Notes: generated from the sequence alone by a model not told the origin. Positions 1-9,619 are shown, counted from the first letter of the stretch. The stretch is 64,000 bases of DNA from an uncultured delta proteobacterium (GCA_963826785.1 CAWGYD010000003.1:128001-192000), one strand, 5' to 3'. Program-made: numbers and translations.

Positions 1-946
1 TGATTTCGGGAACCTGGTCCCTGCGCAGGGCGATGGCGATGCGGATGCCCTCCTTGTCCGATTCATCCCGGACGTAGCGGACCCCTTCGAGCTGCTTGTT
101 TTTCATCAGGTCCGCGATCTTTTCGATCAGGGAGGCTTTGTTGACCTGATACGGGATTTCCCGGACGATGATGGTGTCGGTCTTGTTGGCCTTGTCATGC
201 TCGATTTCCACCTTGGCCCGGATGCGGATCTTGCCCCGGCCGGTGGTGTAGGCATCGATGATCCCCTGCTTTCCGTAGATGATTCCGCCGGTGGGAAAAT
301 CGGGTCCGGGGAGGTACTGGATCAGATCCTCGACCTCGAGATCGGGATTGTCGATCAGGGCCTTGATGGCACTGGTCAGCTCCATCAGGTTGTGCGGCGG
401 AATATTGGTGGCCATGCCCACGGCGATACCGGAGGAGCCGTTTAAGAGCAGTGCCGGAATCTTGGCCGGAAGGACGTCGGGCTCCTCCATGGTTTCGTCG
501 TAGTTGAGATGGAAATTAACCGTTTCCTTCTCGATGTCGGCCAGCATTTCCTGCGCCAGCTTGGTCATCCGCACTTCGGTATACCGCATGGCCGCCGGCG
601 GATCTCCATCCACGGACCCGAAATTTCCCTGGCCGTCCACCAGGGGATAGCGCATGGAAAATTTCTGGGCCATCCGCACCAGCGCGTCATAAACAGCGGT
701 GTCGCCGTGGGGGTGATACTTACCGATCACGTCACCGACGATTCTCGCCGACTTCTTGTACGGCTTGTTCCAGTCATTTCGCAAATCCCGCATCGCAAAA
801 AGAATGCGCCGGTGGACCGGCTTCAACCCGTCCCGGACATCCGGCAGGGCCCGGCCGATGATGACGCTCATCGCATAGTCGAGATACGACTGCTTCATCT
901 CCTTTTCGATGCTGATTTCCGCTCGTTTTTCCTCGATCTGATCCAT
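1..946 (-). CDS. gyrA: DNA gyrase subunit A (5' part; runs off the window)
   Basis: Manual minus-strand translation from ATG 946: [49 protein letters not shown]...[19 protein letters not shown]...AAMRYTE (catalytic Tyr motif). Absent from the ORF track because there is no stop in the window. Confidence 0.97.
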   Translation of the reverse strand, partial: MDQIEEKRAEISIEKEMKQSYLDYAMSVIIGRALPDVRDGLKPVHRRILFAMRDLRNDWNKPYKKSARIVGDVIGKYHPHGDTAVYDALVRMAQKFSMRYPLVDGQGNFGSVDGDPPAAMRYTEVRMTKLAQEMLADIEKETVNFHLNYDETMEEPDVLPAKIPALLLNGSSGIAVGMATNIPPHNLMELTSAIKALIDNPDLEVEDLIQYLPGPDFPTGGIIYGKQGIIDAYTTGRGKIRIRAKVEIEHDKANKTDTIIVREIPYQVNKASLIEKIADLMKNKQLEGVRYVRDESDKEGIRIAIALRRDQVPEI

Positions 947-979
947 ATCTCTCCGTTCAATTCCCTTTAAACGCTCGGA

Positions 980-1135
980 TTACCGGCTGACCAGTCCCAA
1001 AGCAGTCAGTCCCAGCAGGATCTCGTACATGATCATGGCCGTATAATTCTGAAAGAAATGAAAAACGATGCCGCCGCCCACGATGGCCGGAACGCCCATC
1101 AGAAGCAAAACACCCAGTTTTCTGCTGATTGTCAT
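980..1135 (-). CDS. small 51-aa membrane protein (two hydrophobic segments)
   Basis: AAAGGAG RBS just upstream of the ATG; MTISRKLGVLLLMGVPAIVGGGIVFHFFQNYTAMIMYEILLGLTALGLVSR*. Below the ORF-track size cutoff. Confidence 0.75.
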   Translation of the reverse strand: MTISRKLGVLLLMGVPAIVGGGIVFHFFQNYTAMIMYEILLGLTALGLVSR

Positions 1136-1173
1136 TGGTAACTCCTTTATCATTCAAAAATCCTGATTGTCAT

Positions 1174-1205
1174 CGTGCACGTGCCCATTTACGGGCACAT
1201 GCACG
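1174..1205. terminator. stem-loop downstream of thiolase (terminator or short palindromic repeat)
   Basis: cgtgcacgtgccc-atttac-gggcacatgcacg, adjacent to an A-run. Confidence 0.45.
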
Positions 1206-1240
1206 AAAAAACATGTTTCAACTGCAATTCGGTTGATGGA

Positions 1241-2527
1241 TTACGCTTCGAGCACCATGGCCATTCCCATTCCCCCGCCGATGCACATGGAGACCAGACC
1301 GGTGTTTGCGCCGCCCTGCTTCATCAGGTTGAGAATGGTCACCGTCTGGCGGGCGCCCGTGCACCCGATGGGGTGGCCGATGGATATGCCCGAGCCGGCC
1401 AGGTTCGGTTTTTCCACGGGGATGTTCAATTCATTCATGCAGGCGATGGCCTGTGAGGCGAATGCTTCATTGAGCTCGATGATGTCGACATCTCCCATCT
1501 GCATGGATGCCTGGACCAACGCCTTGCGGATGGCCGGGATCGGCCCCAGGCCCATGTAGGCCGGGTCCACCCCGCCGGCGGCAAAGGAGCGGATCTTCGC
1601 CAGGGGCGCAAGCCCCAGTTGTGCGGCTTTTTCAGCGCTCATCAGCACCACGGCGGCCGCGCCGTCATTGATGCCCGAGGCGTTTCCGGCGGTCACGGTG
1701 CCGTCTTTCTTGAATACGGGCCTGAGTTTGGCCATCTTTTCCATGTTGGTTTCCATGGGACGTTCATCCGTGTCCACCACGATGTCCCCCTTGCGAGAGG
1801 CAATGGTGACCGGGATGATCTCGCGGGCAAACGTGCCGTCCTTGATGGCCTTCATGGCCCGCTGGTGGCTCAAAACAGAAAGTTCGTCCTGCTGCTGCCG
1901 GGAAATGCCGTATTTTTCCACGATATTTTCCGCGGTCAGCCCCATGTGATACCCGTAAAATATTTCATACAGGCCGTCGAATACCATCAGGTCGTAAAGT
2001 TCGCCCTTTCCGGTCACCTCCATCCGGTAACCCCAGCGTGCCTTGGGCAGGGCCATGGGAACGTTGCTCATGCTTTCCTGGCCGCCGGCCACGATCACGT
2101 CCGCCTGGCCGCTCATGATGGACGCGGCCCCCAGGGCAATTGCCTTCAACCCCGAGGCGCACACCTTGTTAATCGTAAAGGCTGGGGTTTCCTTGGGGAC
2201 GCCCGCCCGGACCATGGCCTGGCGCGCGGGGTTCTGCCCCTGCCCGGCGGTGAGCACGTTTCCCATGATCACTTCATCCACCACCACGGGGGCTGCATCG
2301 GCATCCCAGCGGTCGGCATCGGTTTCAAGGGAAACCTTTCCCTGGTCTGCAAGCTTGTCCGGAGCGGCCTTGATCATCGTATCCCCCACAACCGGACGCA
2401 GCCCGGCTTTTTTAAGGGCCTCCCGAATCACGATGGATCCCAGTTCCACCACGGACACATCCTTCAGCACGCCGCCGAACGAACCGACGGGGGTTCTTAC
2501 ACCGCTGACAATGACTACTTCTCGCAT
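1241..2527 (-). CDS. atoB: acetyl-CoA C-acetyltransferase (thiolase)
   Basis: RTPVGSFGG, NKVCASGLKA (catalytic Cys), NEAFA, GHPIGCTG and CIGGGMG motifs. Confidence 0.95.
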   Translation of the reverse strand: MREVVIVSGVRTPVGSFGGVLKDVSVVELGSIVIREALKKAGLRPVVGDTMIKAAPDKLADQGKVSLETDADRWDADAAPVVVDEVIMGNVLTAGQGQNPARQAMVRAGVPKETPAFTINKVCASGLKAIALGAASIMSGQADVIVAGGQESMSNVPMALPKARWGYRMEVTGKGELYDLMVFDGLYEIFYGYHMGLTAENIVEKYGISRQQQDELSVLSHQRAMKAIKDGTFAREIIPVTIASRKGDIVVDTDERPMETNMEKMAKLRPVFKKDGTVTAGNASGINDGAAAVVLMSAEKAAQLGLAPLAKIRSFAAGGVDPAYMGLGPIPAIRKALVQASMQMGDVDIIELNEAFASQAIACMNELNIPVEKPNLAGSGISIGHPIGCTGARQTVTILNLMKQGGANTGLVSMCIGGGMGMAMVLEA

Positions 2528-2580
2528 ATTTCAATCCTTTCTGAATATATGATGTAATAATGAATTTTACGCGTATGGCC

Positions 2581-2713
2581 TGACTGGATTCGTAAAAAGT
2601 CAAAAACAGCAGTTTCCGGGGGCGACCGCGGGAAGCCAACCGGGTCATTGCAAACGGTTGTGAAGACCCGCATCCGCAAATGGGGTAATCTGGACTTTTT
2701 ACGGGACCGTCAA
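2581..2713. mobile_element. MITE-like non-autonomous element with terminal inverted repeats (CGTAAAAAGTC core)
   Basis: Left end tgactggattcgtaaaaagtc and right end gactttttacgggaccgtcaa; same termini as the element at 40319-40450. Confidence 0.65.
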
Positions 2714-3003
2714 TATTGTTCCGAAATCTTGTTCCGAACAAATTATTTTAATTAACAAATCCCTGTAAAAAAAGCAAGAATTAACTGCGCTGCCGCCGCT
2801 GGAGGGAACCCATTCCCAACGGGCCGGTCATCCGGATTCGCATGTGAAATTTTCCGGATCATGCCCCTCCGGAAGACGGCTATTGACATCATCCTTTCGA
2901 GCCGCCATTTTAGATTAAAATGACCCTTTTTATTTGACCTTTTGCCCGCTTTTAAACCGCATGCGGACATTTAAATGCGAACTTTGCGCAAAATAGCAAA
3001 AAA

Positions 3004-3798
3004 ATGTGCCTGATCATCATCTGCACCAATACCAGGCCGGATTATCCCCTGATTATTGCGGCCAACCGGGATGAATTTTACAACCGGCCGACGCTCCCCC
3101 TGGATTTCTGGGAAGATCACCCAAAGATTCTGGCCGGGCGGGACCTGCAAGGCCGGGGCACATGGCTGGGGGTGTCGACTTCCGGACGGATCGCAGCGGT
3201 GACCAACTACCGGAGCCCCCAGGCCCTGATGCCCGGCCGGCCCGCCAAGCTTTCCCGGGGGGCTCTGGTCACCGGGTTTCTGTCCGGCAATGAGGCGCCG
3301 GCGGCATACCTTGAAACGGTGGCCGGGGAAAAGGATCGCTATGATGCCTTCAACCTGGTGGCGGGAACCGCAGAAAGGCTTTTCTGGTATTCCAATATGA
3401 ACGGCGGCATCAAGATGATCGATGACGGGATTCACGGGATCAGCAACCACCTGCTGGATACCCCCTGGCCCAAGCTGGAAAAGGCCCGGTCGGGAATGCG
3501 TGACATCCTGTCCCGATCGGGCCCAATCGATTTTAAATCCATCTTCACGCTGCTTTCAGATACCGAAAGACCGCCGCGAAAATCCCTTCCCGATACAGGC
3601 GTGGGAAGTGCCTGGGAGGAGGTCCTTTCATCCGTGTTCATAAAAAGCGAAATCTACGGCACCCGCTCCTCTTCCATCATTATGGTGCACCGCACCGGCC
3701 ATCTGACGTTTATCGAACGCACCCATCCCGGCCCTGCAAGCGGGCGGTTGACCGCCAATACCCGGACCTGTGAACTTGAACTTGTGTTATCCCCGTGA
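3004..3798 (+). CDS. NRDE/TANGO2 family protein
   Basis: N-terminal MCLI, AANRDEFYNRPT, GTWLG, SRGALV, SNHLLDTPWPK, YGTRSS. Confidence 0.93.
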   Translation: MCLIIICTNTRPDYPLIIAANRDEFYNRPTLPLDFWEDHPKILAGRDLQGRGTWLGVSTSGRIAAVTNYRSPQALMPGRPAKLSRGALVTGFLSGNEAPAAYLETVAGEKDRYDAFNLVAGTAERLFWYSNMNGGIKMIDDGIHGISNHLLDTPWPKLEKARSGMRDILSRSGPIDFKSIFTLLSDTERPPRKSLPDTGVGSAWEEVLSSVFIKSEIYGTRSSSIIMVHRTGHLTFIERTHPGPASGRLTANTRTCELELVLSP

Positions 3799-3885
3799 CG
3801 GAGAAAACCCGATTTGAAACGACCGGCGCGATGTTTATGTTTGATAGCAGAACATAAAACAAATTCAATGGGTGCTGCTGACCTC

Positions 3886-4380
3886 ATGAACATTTTGCTG
3901 CGCAAATTTCTGATGCCCAGACCCACCCGGGGGTATTTAATCCGGACGACGCTGGTGGCGCTGAGCGCCTTTATCATTTTCAAGTATATTTTCATCCCTT
4001 TTCGGGTGTCCGGCCAAAGCATGGACCCCACTTACCGGGACGGGCAGTTTAATTTCTGTTTCACCCTCAAATATCCGTTTTCCGAAATTCAACGGGGGGA
4101 TGTGGTGCTGGTGAGGTGGGCCGGTCCGCATGTCATGCTGCTGAAACGGGTGGTGGCGGTGGAAAATGATACCATTGCTTTTAGAGACGGCCATCTGTAT
4201 GTCAATGGCCAAAAAATCACGGAACCCTATGCCGGGGCTTCGTTAGCCTGGGAGCTGCCCCCCCGGAAGGTCAAAAAAAACCATGTCTATGTGGTGGGCG
4301 ACAACCGCAGCGTCCCCATGGAGGTCCACGATTTCGGCCAGACCCCGGTCAGCCGGATCGTGGGTAGTCCCTTATGGTAA
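3886..4380 (+). CDS. lepB: signal peptidase I
   Basis: TM helix, VSGQSMDPT (Ser), LLKRVVA (Lys), VVGDNRSV; start uncertain. Confidence 0.88.
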   Translation: MNILLRKFLMPRPTRGYLIRTTLVALSAFIIFKYIFIPFRVSGQSMDPTYRDGQFNFCFTLKYPFSEIQRGDVVLVRWAGPHVMLLKRVVAVENDTIAFRDGHLYVNGQKITEPYAGASLAWELPPRKVKKNHVYVVGDNRSVPMEVHDFGQTPVSRIVGSPLW

Positions 4381-4883
4381 ATGCCAGAAACGCCGTCATT
4401 TTCGGGCTGCTTCTTGCCATCGGCGCATTTGCATTTTTCCATTATTTTGAATCCGACGAGGCGAAAATCAAAGGGCGTTTTGATCAGCTGCGTGTCGATA
4501 TGCAAAAGGACCCGGCAGAAACCGAACTGGTCGCCGCCGCAAAGGCCAGACGGATCGGCCGGATGTTTACCAATCCCTGTTTTCTCAATCTCCCCTCCCA
4601 TTCCGTTTTCGGCACCTATTCCCGCAATGACCTGATGTCGCATATCATGGCGGCGAGATCGCAATATCAAAGCATCTCGATGCGGTTCTATGATTTTACC
4701 ATCGAAATGCTCGACGATGAGACCGCAGCCGTCAGCTTCACCGTGATTGCACAGGCCCTTCCCCGGGGCGATGCCGGCGAACTGCCATACGAGGAAGTTC
4801 AGGAATTGACCTGCATGCTCAAACAGTCTGAAGGCGAATGGTTTTTCAGCGAATCGGAGGCGGTGGACGTATTAAAGAGATAA
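4374..4883 (+). CDS. membrane-anchored hypothetical protein, possibly NTF2/SnoaL-like fold
   Basis: N-terminal hydrophobic anchor; C-terminal 'LKQSEGEWFF' strand typical of NTF2-like proteins; overlaps the lepB stop. Confidence 0.65.
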   Translation: MVNARNAVIFGLLLAIGAFAFFHYFESDEAKIKGRFDQLRVDMQKDPAETELVAAAKARRIGRMFTNPCFLNLPSHSVFGTYSRNDLMSHIMAARSQYQSISMRFYDFTIEMLDDETAAVSFTVIAQALPRGDAGELPYEEVQELTCMLKQSEGEWFFSESEAVDVLKR

Positions 4884-4910
4884 AAAAGGGGCAGCGTCAG
4901 GACCTGTGAC

Positions 4911-5010
4911 TGTTCTGGCTGGACTTGTTTTTCGTGGGCCGCATTTCATTTCATTTATTCCAATCTGCATTCGAAAAAAGTGCCGGGGCAGCCAGGCCGC
5001 AAGCCAGAAC
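4911..5010. repeat. imperfect long hairpin between convergent genes
   Basis: gttctggct...agccagaac outer arms; acttgtttttcg...cgaaaaaagt inner arms. Confidence 0.45.
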
Positions 5011-5034
5011 AAGGCAGGCGCTTGAATGCAGATG

Positions 5035-5553
5035 TCAGTATTCAATCCCCACCCGGGCTGCCACCCCGTTCTGGTAATAATGCTTGATTTCCTTCATCTC
5101 CGTCACCAGGTCGGCGGCCCTGACCACTTCGTCGGAAATGTTGCGGCCCGTTATGACCAGTTCAACGGTATCCGGACGGGCAGCGATCACCTCCAGAATA
5201 TCAGCGGTTTGAATCACGCCAAAGTTTTCCGCCATGGCCGCTTCCTCCATGATCACCACGTCATATTTGCCGGATAGCAGGGCCTCCCGGCATGATTGCA
5301 GGCATTGCCGGCCGGCGGCGATATCTTCGGGGGAAGGCTTGCCGCGGATGAATTTCCCGGTGCCGAACTGCGCGATGCGAATCCGGTCCGAGAACCGCTC
5401 AAGGGCGGTCAATTCACTATAATGCCCCTTTTTCATGAATTGAGCGATATATACGTTCAACCCCGCACCCGCGGCACGAAGCGCCAATCCAAGTGAGGCC
5501 GTCGTCTTTCCTTTGCCTTTTCCGGTATAGACCTGCACATAGCCTTTTTCCAT
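5035..5553 (-). CDS. cobO: cob(I)yrinic acid a,c-diamide adenosyltransferase (CobO/BtuR/CobA)
   Basis: VQVYTGKGKGKTTASLG P-loop, QFMK, ELVITGR, ADLVTEM, HYYQNG...GIEY. Confidence 0.95.
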   Translation of the reverse strand: MEKGYVQVYTGKGKGKTTASLGLALRAAGAGLNVYIAQFMKKGHYSELTALERFSDRIRIAQFGTGKFIRGKPSPEDIAAGRQCLQSCREALLSGKYDVVIMEEAAMAENFGVIQTADILEVIAARPDTVELVITGRNISDEVVRAADLVTEMKEIKHYYQNGVAARVGIEY

Positions 5554-5597
5554 GCCATCCCCCTGGTGATCTTTTTCGCAGATGATTTATCGCTTCA

Positions 5598-6095
5598 TCA
5601 ATGGCATCCGGAAGAACAGTCGCAGCCGCAACCCGATCCGCAGCTTTCCTGCGGCTGGGTCGGTGTATCGCTGATGCCCACCACCTCGACTTCAAAGGTC
5701 AGTGGAAGGCCGGCCAGGGGATGATTCAGATCGACCACCACTTTTTCATGATCCGCTTGGGTGATCTGGGCCGGGATCTGTTCCCCATCCTGCATCTGAA
5801 TCGAGATAATGTCGCCTTCCTGAGGATTCATATCTTCAGGCACCTCTTTGCGGGAAAAGGTATGTATGTTGCCTTCGTCGCGGATTCCATAGGCGTCTTC
5901 CGGAGCGATGGTAAACATCTTCTTTTCGTTTAGAGACATTCCGACAACGGAATCCTCAAAGCCCTTGATGACGTCACCGGAGCCGACCTGCCATTCCATG
6001 GGTTCATCGTTTTGCGTTTCATCAAATACATCACCGCTGTCCAGTGTTCCTTTGTAATTGACACAGACAAACTTTCCGTTTTCTACTTTTTGCAT
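5598..6095 (-). CDS. slyD: FKBP-type peptidyl-prolyl isomerase, SlyD-like
   Basis: YKGTLDSGDVFD, PEDAYG, DLNHPLAG..LTFEVEVV; Cys-rich metal-binding tail. Confidence 0.92.
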   Translation of the reverse strand: MQKVENGKFVCVNYKGTLDSGDVFDETQNDEPMEWQVGSGDVIKGFEDSVVGMSLNEKKMFTIAPEDAYGIRDEGNIHTFSRKEVPEDMNPQEGDIISIQMQDGEQIPAQITQADHEKVVVDLNHPLAGLPLTFEVEVVGISDTPTQPQESCGSGCGCDCSSGCH

Positions 6096-6342
6096 GAGAA
6101 TTTCCTCTCCCTTCTTTTAGATTTCACTTAAACTAGGGACAATGCCGATAAAGTCAAGCGAATACCGTTTCACCTGTGCGGATCGATTATTATGGGAAGG
6201 ATATGAAAAAACACTGACATTCGGGCCAATCGATTGCCGTTCAGTCCATTAAATAGTATGATTGAACGCAAGCATCCGGCGGGCCTGAAAATGAAACGCA
6301 GCCGGGAAGCTGCGTTTTTATGCAATAAAAATCAGGTGGGGA

Positions 6343-6909
6343 TCACCCGATGGTCACTGCTTCGATATGATTGTTGCTCACCCCGATGAACCCGAAGGGC
6401 AATTTGACTTCACGTTTGATCCAACGGTCCTGCTTCCAGCAGATCTCCACCATCTCGGCCTGGGTCAGGGCTACGAATTTGTCCTTGGACTTCTTCTTGA
6501 ACAGGCCGTAAAACTGCCCTTTGATATCATAGAAGGAACTGGCGACGTCTTTGGTGATGATATTGACCGACTGAGCTTTTTCCTGGGTGTTTTGAATCAT
6601 CACGGCGGCCCGTTTTTTTTCCATTTCATCGCCGATGAACTCGATGTCATCATAAAAATAGAAAATTTCCGACAGCTTGATCTGAATCCGGTCAAATTTC
6701 CGATACACCATGGATTCATCCAGAAACAGCCGTGCCTCATACATCATGAGGGCGTTGTCATAAACTTTTTCATTGGGGTTTCGCCAGAAGAGATTGGCGC
6801 TGTTGAGCAGGTCGGTGGTCCTGAAGGCTGAACTGGGGACATCCACCATTCCCGAATATTTCTTCCCCAGCGAGGTTACGATTGCCAGTCTTCTCTGTTC
6901 AACCGCCAT
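6343..6909 (-). CDS. hypothetical protein (two related halves, DUF6812-like)
   Basis: 188-aa ORF with GGA RBS; repeated 'I.T...Y.G...' and 'F.ALT.A...F.G V...HI' patterns. Confidence 0.6.
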   Translation of the reverse strand: MAVEQRRLAIVTSLGKKYSGMVDVPSSAFRTTDLLNSANLFWRNPNEKVYDNALMMYEARLFLDESMVYRKFDRIQIKLSEIFYFYDDIEFIGDEMEKKRAAVMIQNTQEKAQSVNIITKDVASSFYDIKGQFYGLFKKKSKDKFVALTQAEMVEICWKQDRWIKREVKLPFGFIGVSNNHIEAVTIG

Positions 6910-6963
6910 TTGCTTTATCCTTTCCTGTTTGATGGGCCGATTCGCATGCGCAAAATACTCAAA

Positions 6964-7338
6964 TTAACTCGTCCGAGGGCTGTTTTCAGGCGCGCTTTCG
7001 CCATGCCGGTATTTCCGCAGCCCGGTGACAAAGGTTAAAATGCCGATGAGTCCCATCAGGATCGCGGGCACCAGATTGTGGAATCCCTCCAGCTCGGGGC
7101 TGATAAAAATCCGGTGCGTCTGCATATATATTACCCAGCACAGGCCGGCAATGGCCGCATAGGCGCCCAGCAGCGTCTGGGTGATGCCGTTGAGCCGGGC
7201 GGTCTTGCGGTGCTGATCGGGTTCATCAAGTTTCTGGTAACGCAGCCGGATCTGATCATGGATGATGTATGCGGCCACCAGGACAATGATGGTGATGCTG
7301 GTGATGAATTCCCACATGTAGTAGTAGTTTTCTGCCAT
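6964..7338 (-). CDS. hypothetical membrane protein (3 TM)
   Basis: AGAAGGA RBS; MAENYYYMWEF...; three hydrophobic segments. Confidence 0.7.
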   Translation of the reverse strand: MAENYYYMWEFITSITIIVLVAAYIIHDQIRLRYQKLDEPDQHRKTARLNGITQTLLGAYAAIAGLCWVIYMQTHRIFISPELEGFHNLVPAILMGLIGILTFVTGLRKYRHGESAPENSPRTS

Positions 7339-7582
7339 TTTACGATCCTTCTGTATTTGATCGTTTGATATGCGGCGGCCCGGTCGCCGCGGCTGATTTG
7401 ACAAGCAGAGGCGCCTCCGCACCGAGTAGATGATAACATGCCATACCAGATTTTTCCCGCAAAGGTCAATTGCGAATCGCTTTTCAAATACGCATTCGCA
7501 CCCGTGAAATTCCCGGGATTTTTTTCCGCAAACCCGAGTTGACGATCCTGTGGGTAAAATTTTCAAGACGATCAAATTGATC

Positions 7583-7613
7583 TTGACTTAAAATATACCG
7601 ATCGGTATGTTTT
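7583..7613 (+). promoter_or_regulatory. sigma70 promoter overlapped by a palindromic TetR operator
   Basis: TTGACT-17 nt-TATGTT; palindrome ATATACCGATCGGTATGT spans the spacer and -10. Confidence 0.7.
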
Positions 7614-7617
7614 TGCC

Positions 7618-8223
7618 ATGAAGCATCAGGATATGCCCAAATCGGAAAAAACCCGGCGGTTCATACTGGAAAAAGCCGCGCCCATCTTCAATAAAAAAGG
7701 GTATGCGGGGACCTCTCTTTCCGATCTCACCCGGGCCACCGGCCTGACCAAGGGGAGCATCTACGGCAACTTCAAAAACAAGGATGAAGTGGCCATAGAG
7801 GCGTTTCGCTACAATGTCGGCAACATCGCCCGATATTTTGCCCGCGAAATGGAAAAAAAGGATACCTGCATCGACAAACTGCTGGTGTATCCCCGGGCGT
7901 ACCGGAAGCTCTATTCCGCCATGGTGGCCCACGGCGGCTGCCCCATCTTGAATACCGCCACCGAAGCCGACGACACCCACCAGGTGCTGTGCCGTCTGAC
8001 CATGGAAGCCATTGCCGCCTGGAAGGCGGCCATCGTAAAACTGGTTGAAGCCGCCAGGAAAAACGGCGAGGCCAAAGCGGAAACCGAACCCGAAAAAATC
8101 GCCCATATCATGCTCTCCCTGTTCGAGGGCGGCGGCATCCTGGCCAAGATTGCCCGGGAGGAAGACTACATCCAGCATGCCATCGATCATGTGGAGCAAT
8201 TGATCGAGTCCATCCGAACCTGA
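7618..8223 (+). CDS. TetR/AcrR family transcriptional regulator
   Basis: N-terminal HTH ILEKAAPIFNKKGYAGTSLSDL...GLTKGSIYGNFKNKDE; GGCPILN. Confidence 0.95.
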   Translation: MKHQDMPKSEKTRRFILEKAAPIFNKKGYAGTSLSDLTRATGLTKGSIYGNFKNKDEVAIEAFRYNVGNIARYFAREMEKKDTCIDKLLVYPRAYRKLYSAMVAHGGCPILNTATEADDTHQVLCRLTMEAIAAWKAAIVKLVEAARKNGEAKAETEPEKIAHIMLSLFEGGGILAKIAREEDYIQHAIDHVEQLIESIRT

Positions 8224-8233
8224 TTTTTTTTAT

Positions 8234-8263
8234 CCGGGAATATACCCATCGGTATATTTCCGG
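8234..8263. promoter_or_regulatory. second copy of the TetR operator, upstream of the Fe-S/molybdoenzyme genes
   Basis: ccgggaatatacccatcggtatatttccgg, matching the 7591-7613 palindrome. Confidence 0.7.
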
Positions 8264-8307
8264 CAATGATCGTCAAATCACAACCACCTGGACAAGGAGC
8301 CCCCGAC

Positions 8308-9379
8308 ATGGAATCAAATCTCTTTCGAGACCTGCAGCAGCGCCTGGATCAGTATTCACTGGGTTTTCCGGCGACTCAATCCGGCATTGAAATTCAAATT
8401 TTAAAAAAGCTGTTTACCGAAGCCGACGCGCAGATGTTTCTGGCCTTGAGTCCCATGCTGGAAACCCCGGAATCGGTGGCCGACAGGCTTTCCCAGCCCG
8501 TGGAGGCGGTGGCGGCCCGGCTTGAGGACATGGCGGCGCGAAAGCTTTTGTTCCGGATCAAAAAGCCCGAGTCGGTCAGGTACGGCGCGATTCCCTTCGT
8601 GCATGGCCTGTTTGAATTCCAGGTTTCACAGCTGGACCGCGAACTTGCCGGGATGCTGGATCAATATTATGGTGAAGGCTTCAAAGAGGCCATGATCAAA
8701 GGGGCGGACACTTTTTTGCGCACCATTCCGATTTCAGAAGCCCTGTCCGCCGAACAGCACATCGCCCCTTATGAGGATGTCAAAGCGCTGCTTGAGAAAA
8801 TGAAACAGATCGTGGTGACCGACTGCATCTGCCGCAAGCAAAAGCAGCTGATGGACAAGGGATGCGGAAAGCCCCTGGAGGTCTGCTTCATGTTCGGATC
8901 CATGGGTCAGTATTACTTAGACCACAACATGGGGCGCAAGGTGGACGCCGATGAAGCCCTGCGCATCGTGGCCGACGCCCAGGCCGCCGGCCTGGTGACC
9001 CAGCCGGCCACCACCCAGAACCCCGGGGGCATGTGCAACTGCTGCGGTGACTGCTGCGGCGTATCTGGCCTCTCTGAACGACCTGGAGAAACCGGCCGAA
9101 GCGGTATTCTCCAACTGGTTTGCCGCCGTGGACGAAAAATCCTGCTCCGGATGCGAAACCTGTCTGGATCGCTGCCAGATGAATGCCATCTCCATGAGTG
9201 ACGACGACACGGCCCGCATCAACCGGGACCGCTGCATCGGCTGCGGCCTGTGCGTCATCACCTGCCCGGAAGAGGCCATCTCCCTGGTCCAGAAGGAGGA
9301 GGCGCAACGCCGCGTCCCCCCGGCAACCGGCATGGATCAGATGCTGAAGATGGCCGAAAAACGGGGAATCACGTTTTAA
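8308..9379 (+). CDS. 4Fe-4S dicluster/Cys-rich iron-sulfur protein (one +1 frameshift near 9063)
   Basis: AAGGAG RBS; CICR, CNCCGDCCG, then CSGCETCLDRC and CIGCGLCVITC in the other frame; removing one base (gtaTctg to gtactg) joins ORFs 8266-9201 and 9047-9379. Confidence 0.85.
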
Positions 9380-9435
9380 ACAACGGGATGCAAGGCCGGA
9401 TGCTTCTTCTCAAGAAGGGCGTGCTCAAGCGAGGC

Positions 9436-9619
9436 GACATGCCGGTGGGTCTCTCCCCGCTCACTGTTCCTTATTTGAATGCTTCTAAGATGAAGCTGCG
9501 CTGCATCCTGGAAACTCGCCTGTCGGCTCAGACAGTCCAGGATGCGGCCGCTGCGCTTCATCAAGAAGCATTTCAAAATAATGAAGCAATGCTCGCCGGG
9601 AGAAACCCATCGGCATGTC
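9436..9619. repeat. ~185-nt imperfect palindrome (REP/MITE-like) within the operon
   Basis: Nested arms gacatgccggtgggt/acccatcggcatgtc, atgcttct/agaagcat, gatgaagc/gcttcatc, gcatcctgga/tccaggatgc. Confidence 0.7.

Noticed and set aside
690..710. GyrA Thr at the Ser83-equivalent position as a quinolone-resistance mutation
   Set aside because: Thr is the natural residue in many taxa, so it is not evidence of acquired resistance
197..970. Plus-strand ORFs over gyrA
   Set aside because: Antisense shadows of a GC-rich gene
957..1157. 66-aa minus-strand ORF in the track
   Set aside because: The alternative frame 980-1135 has the RBS and a membrane-protein composition
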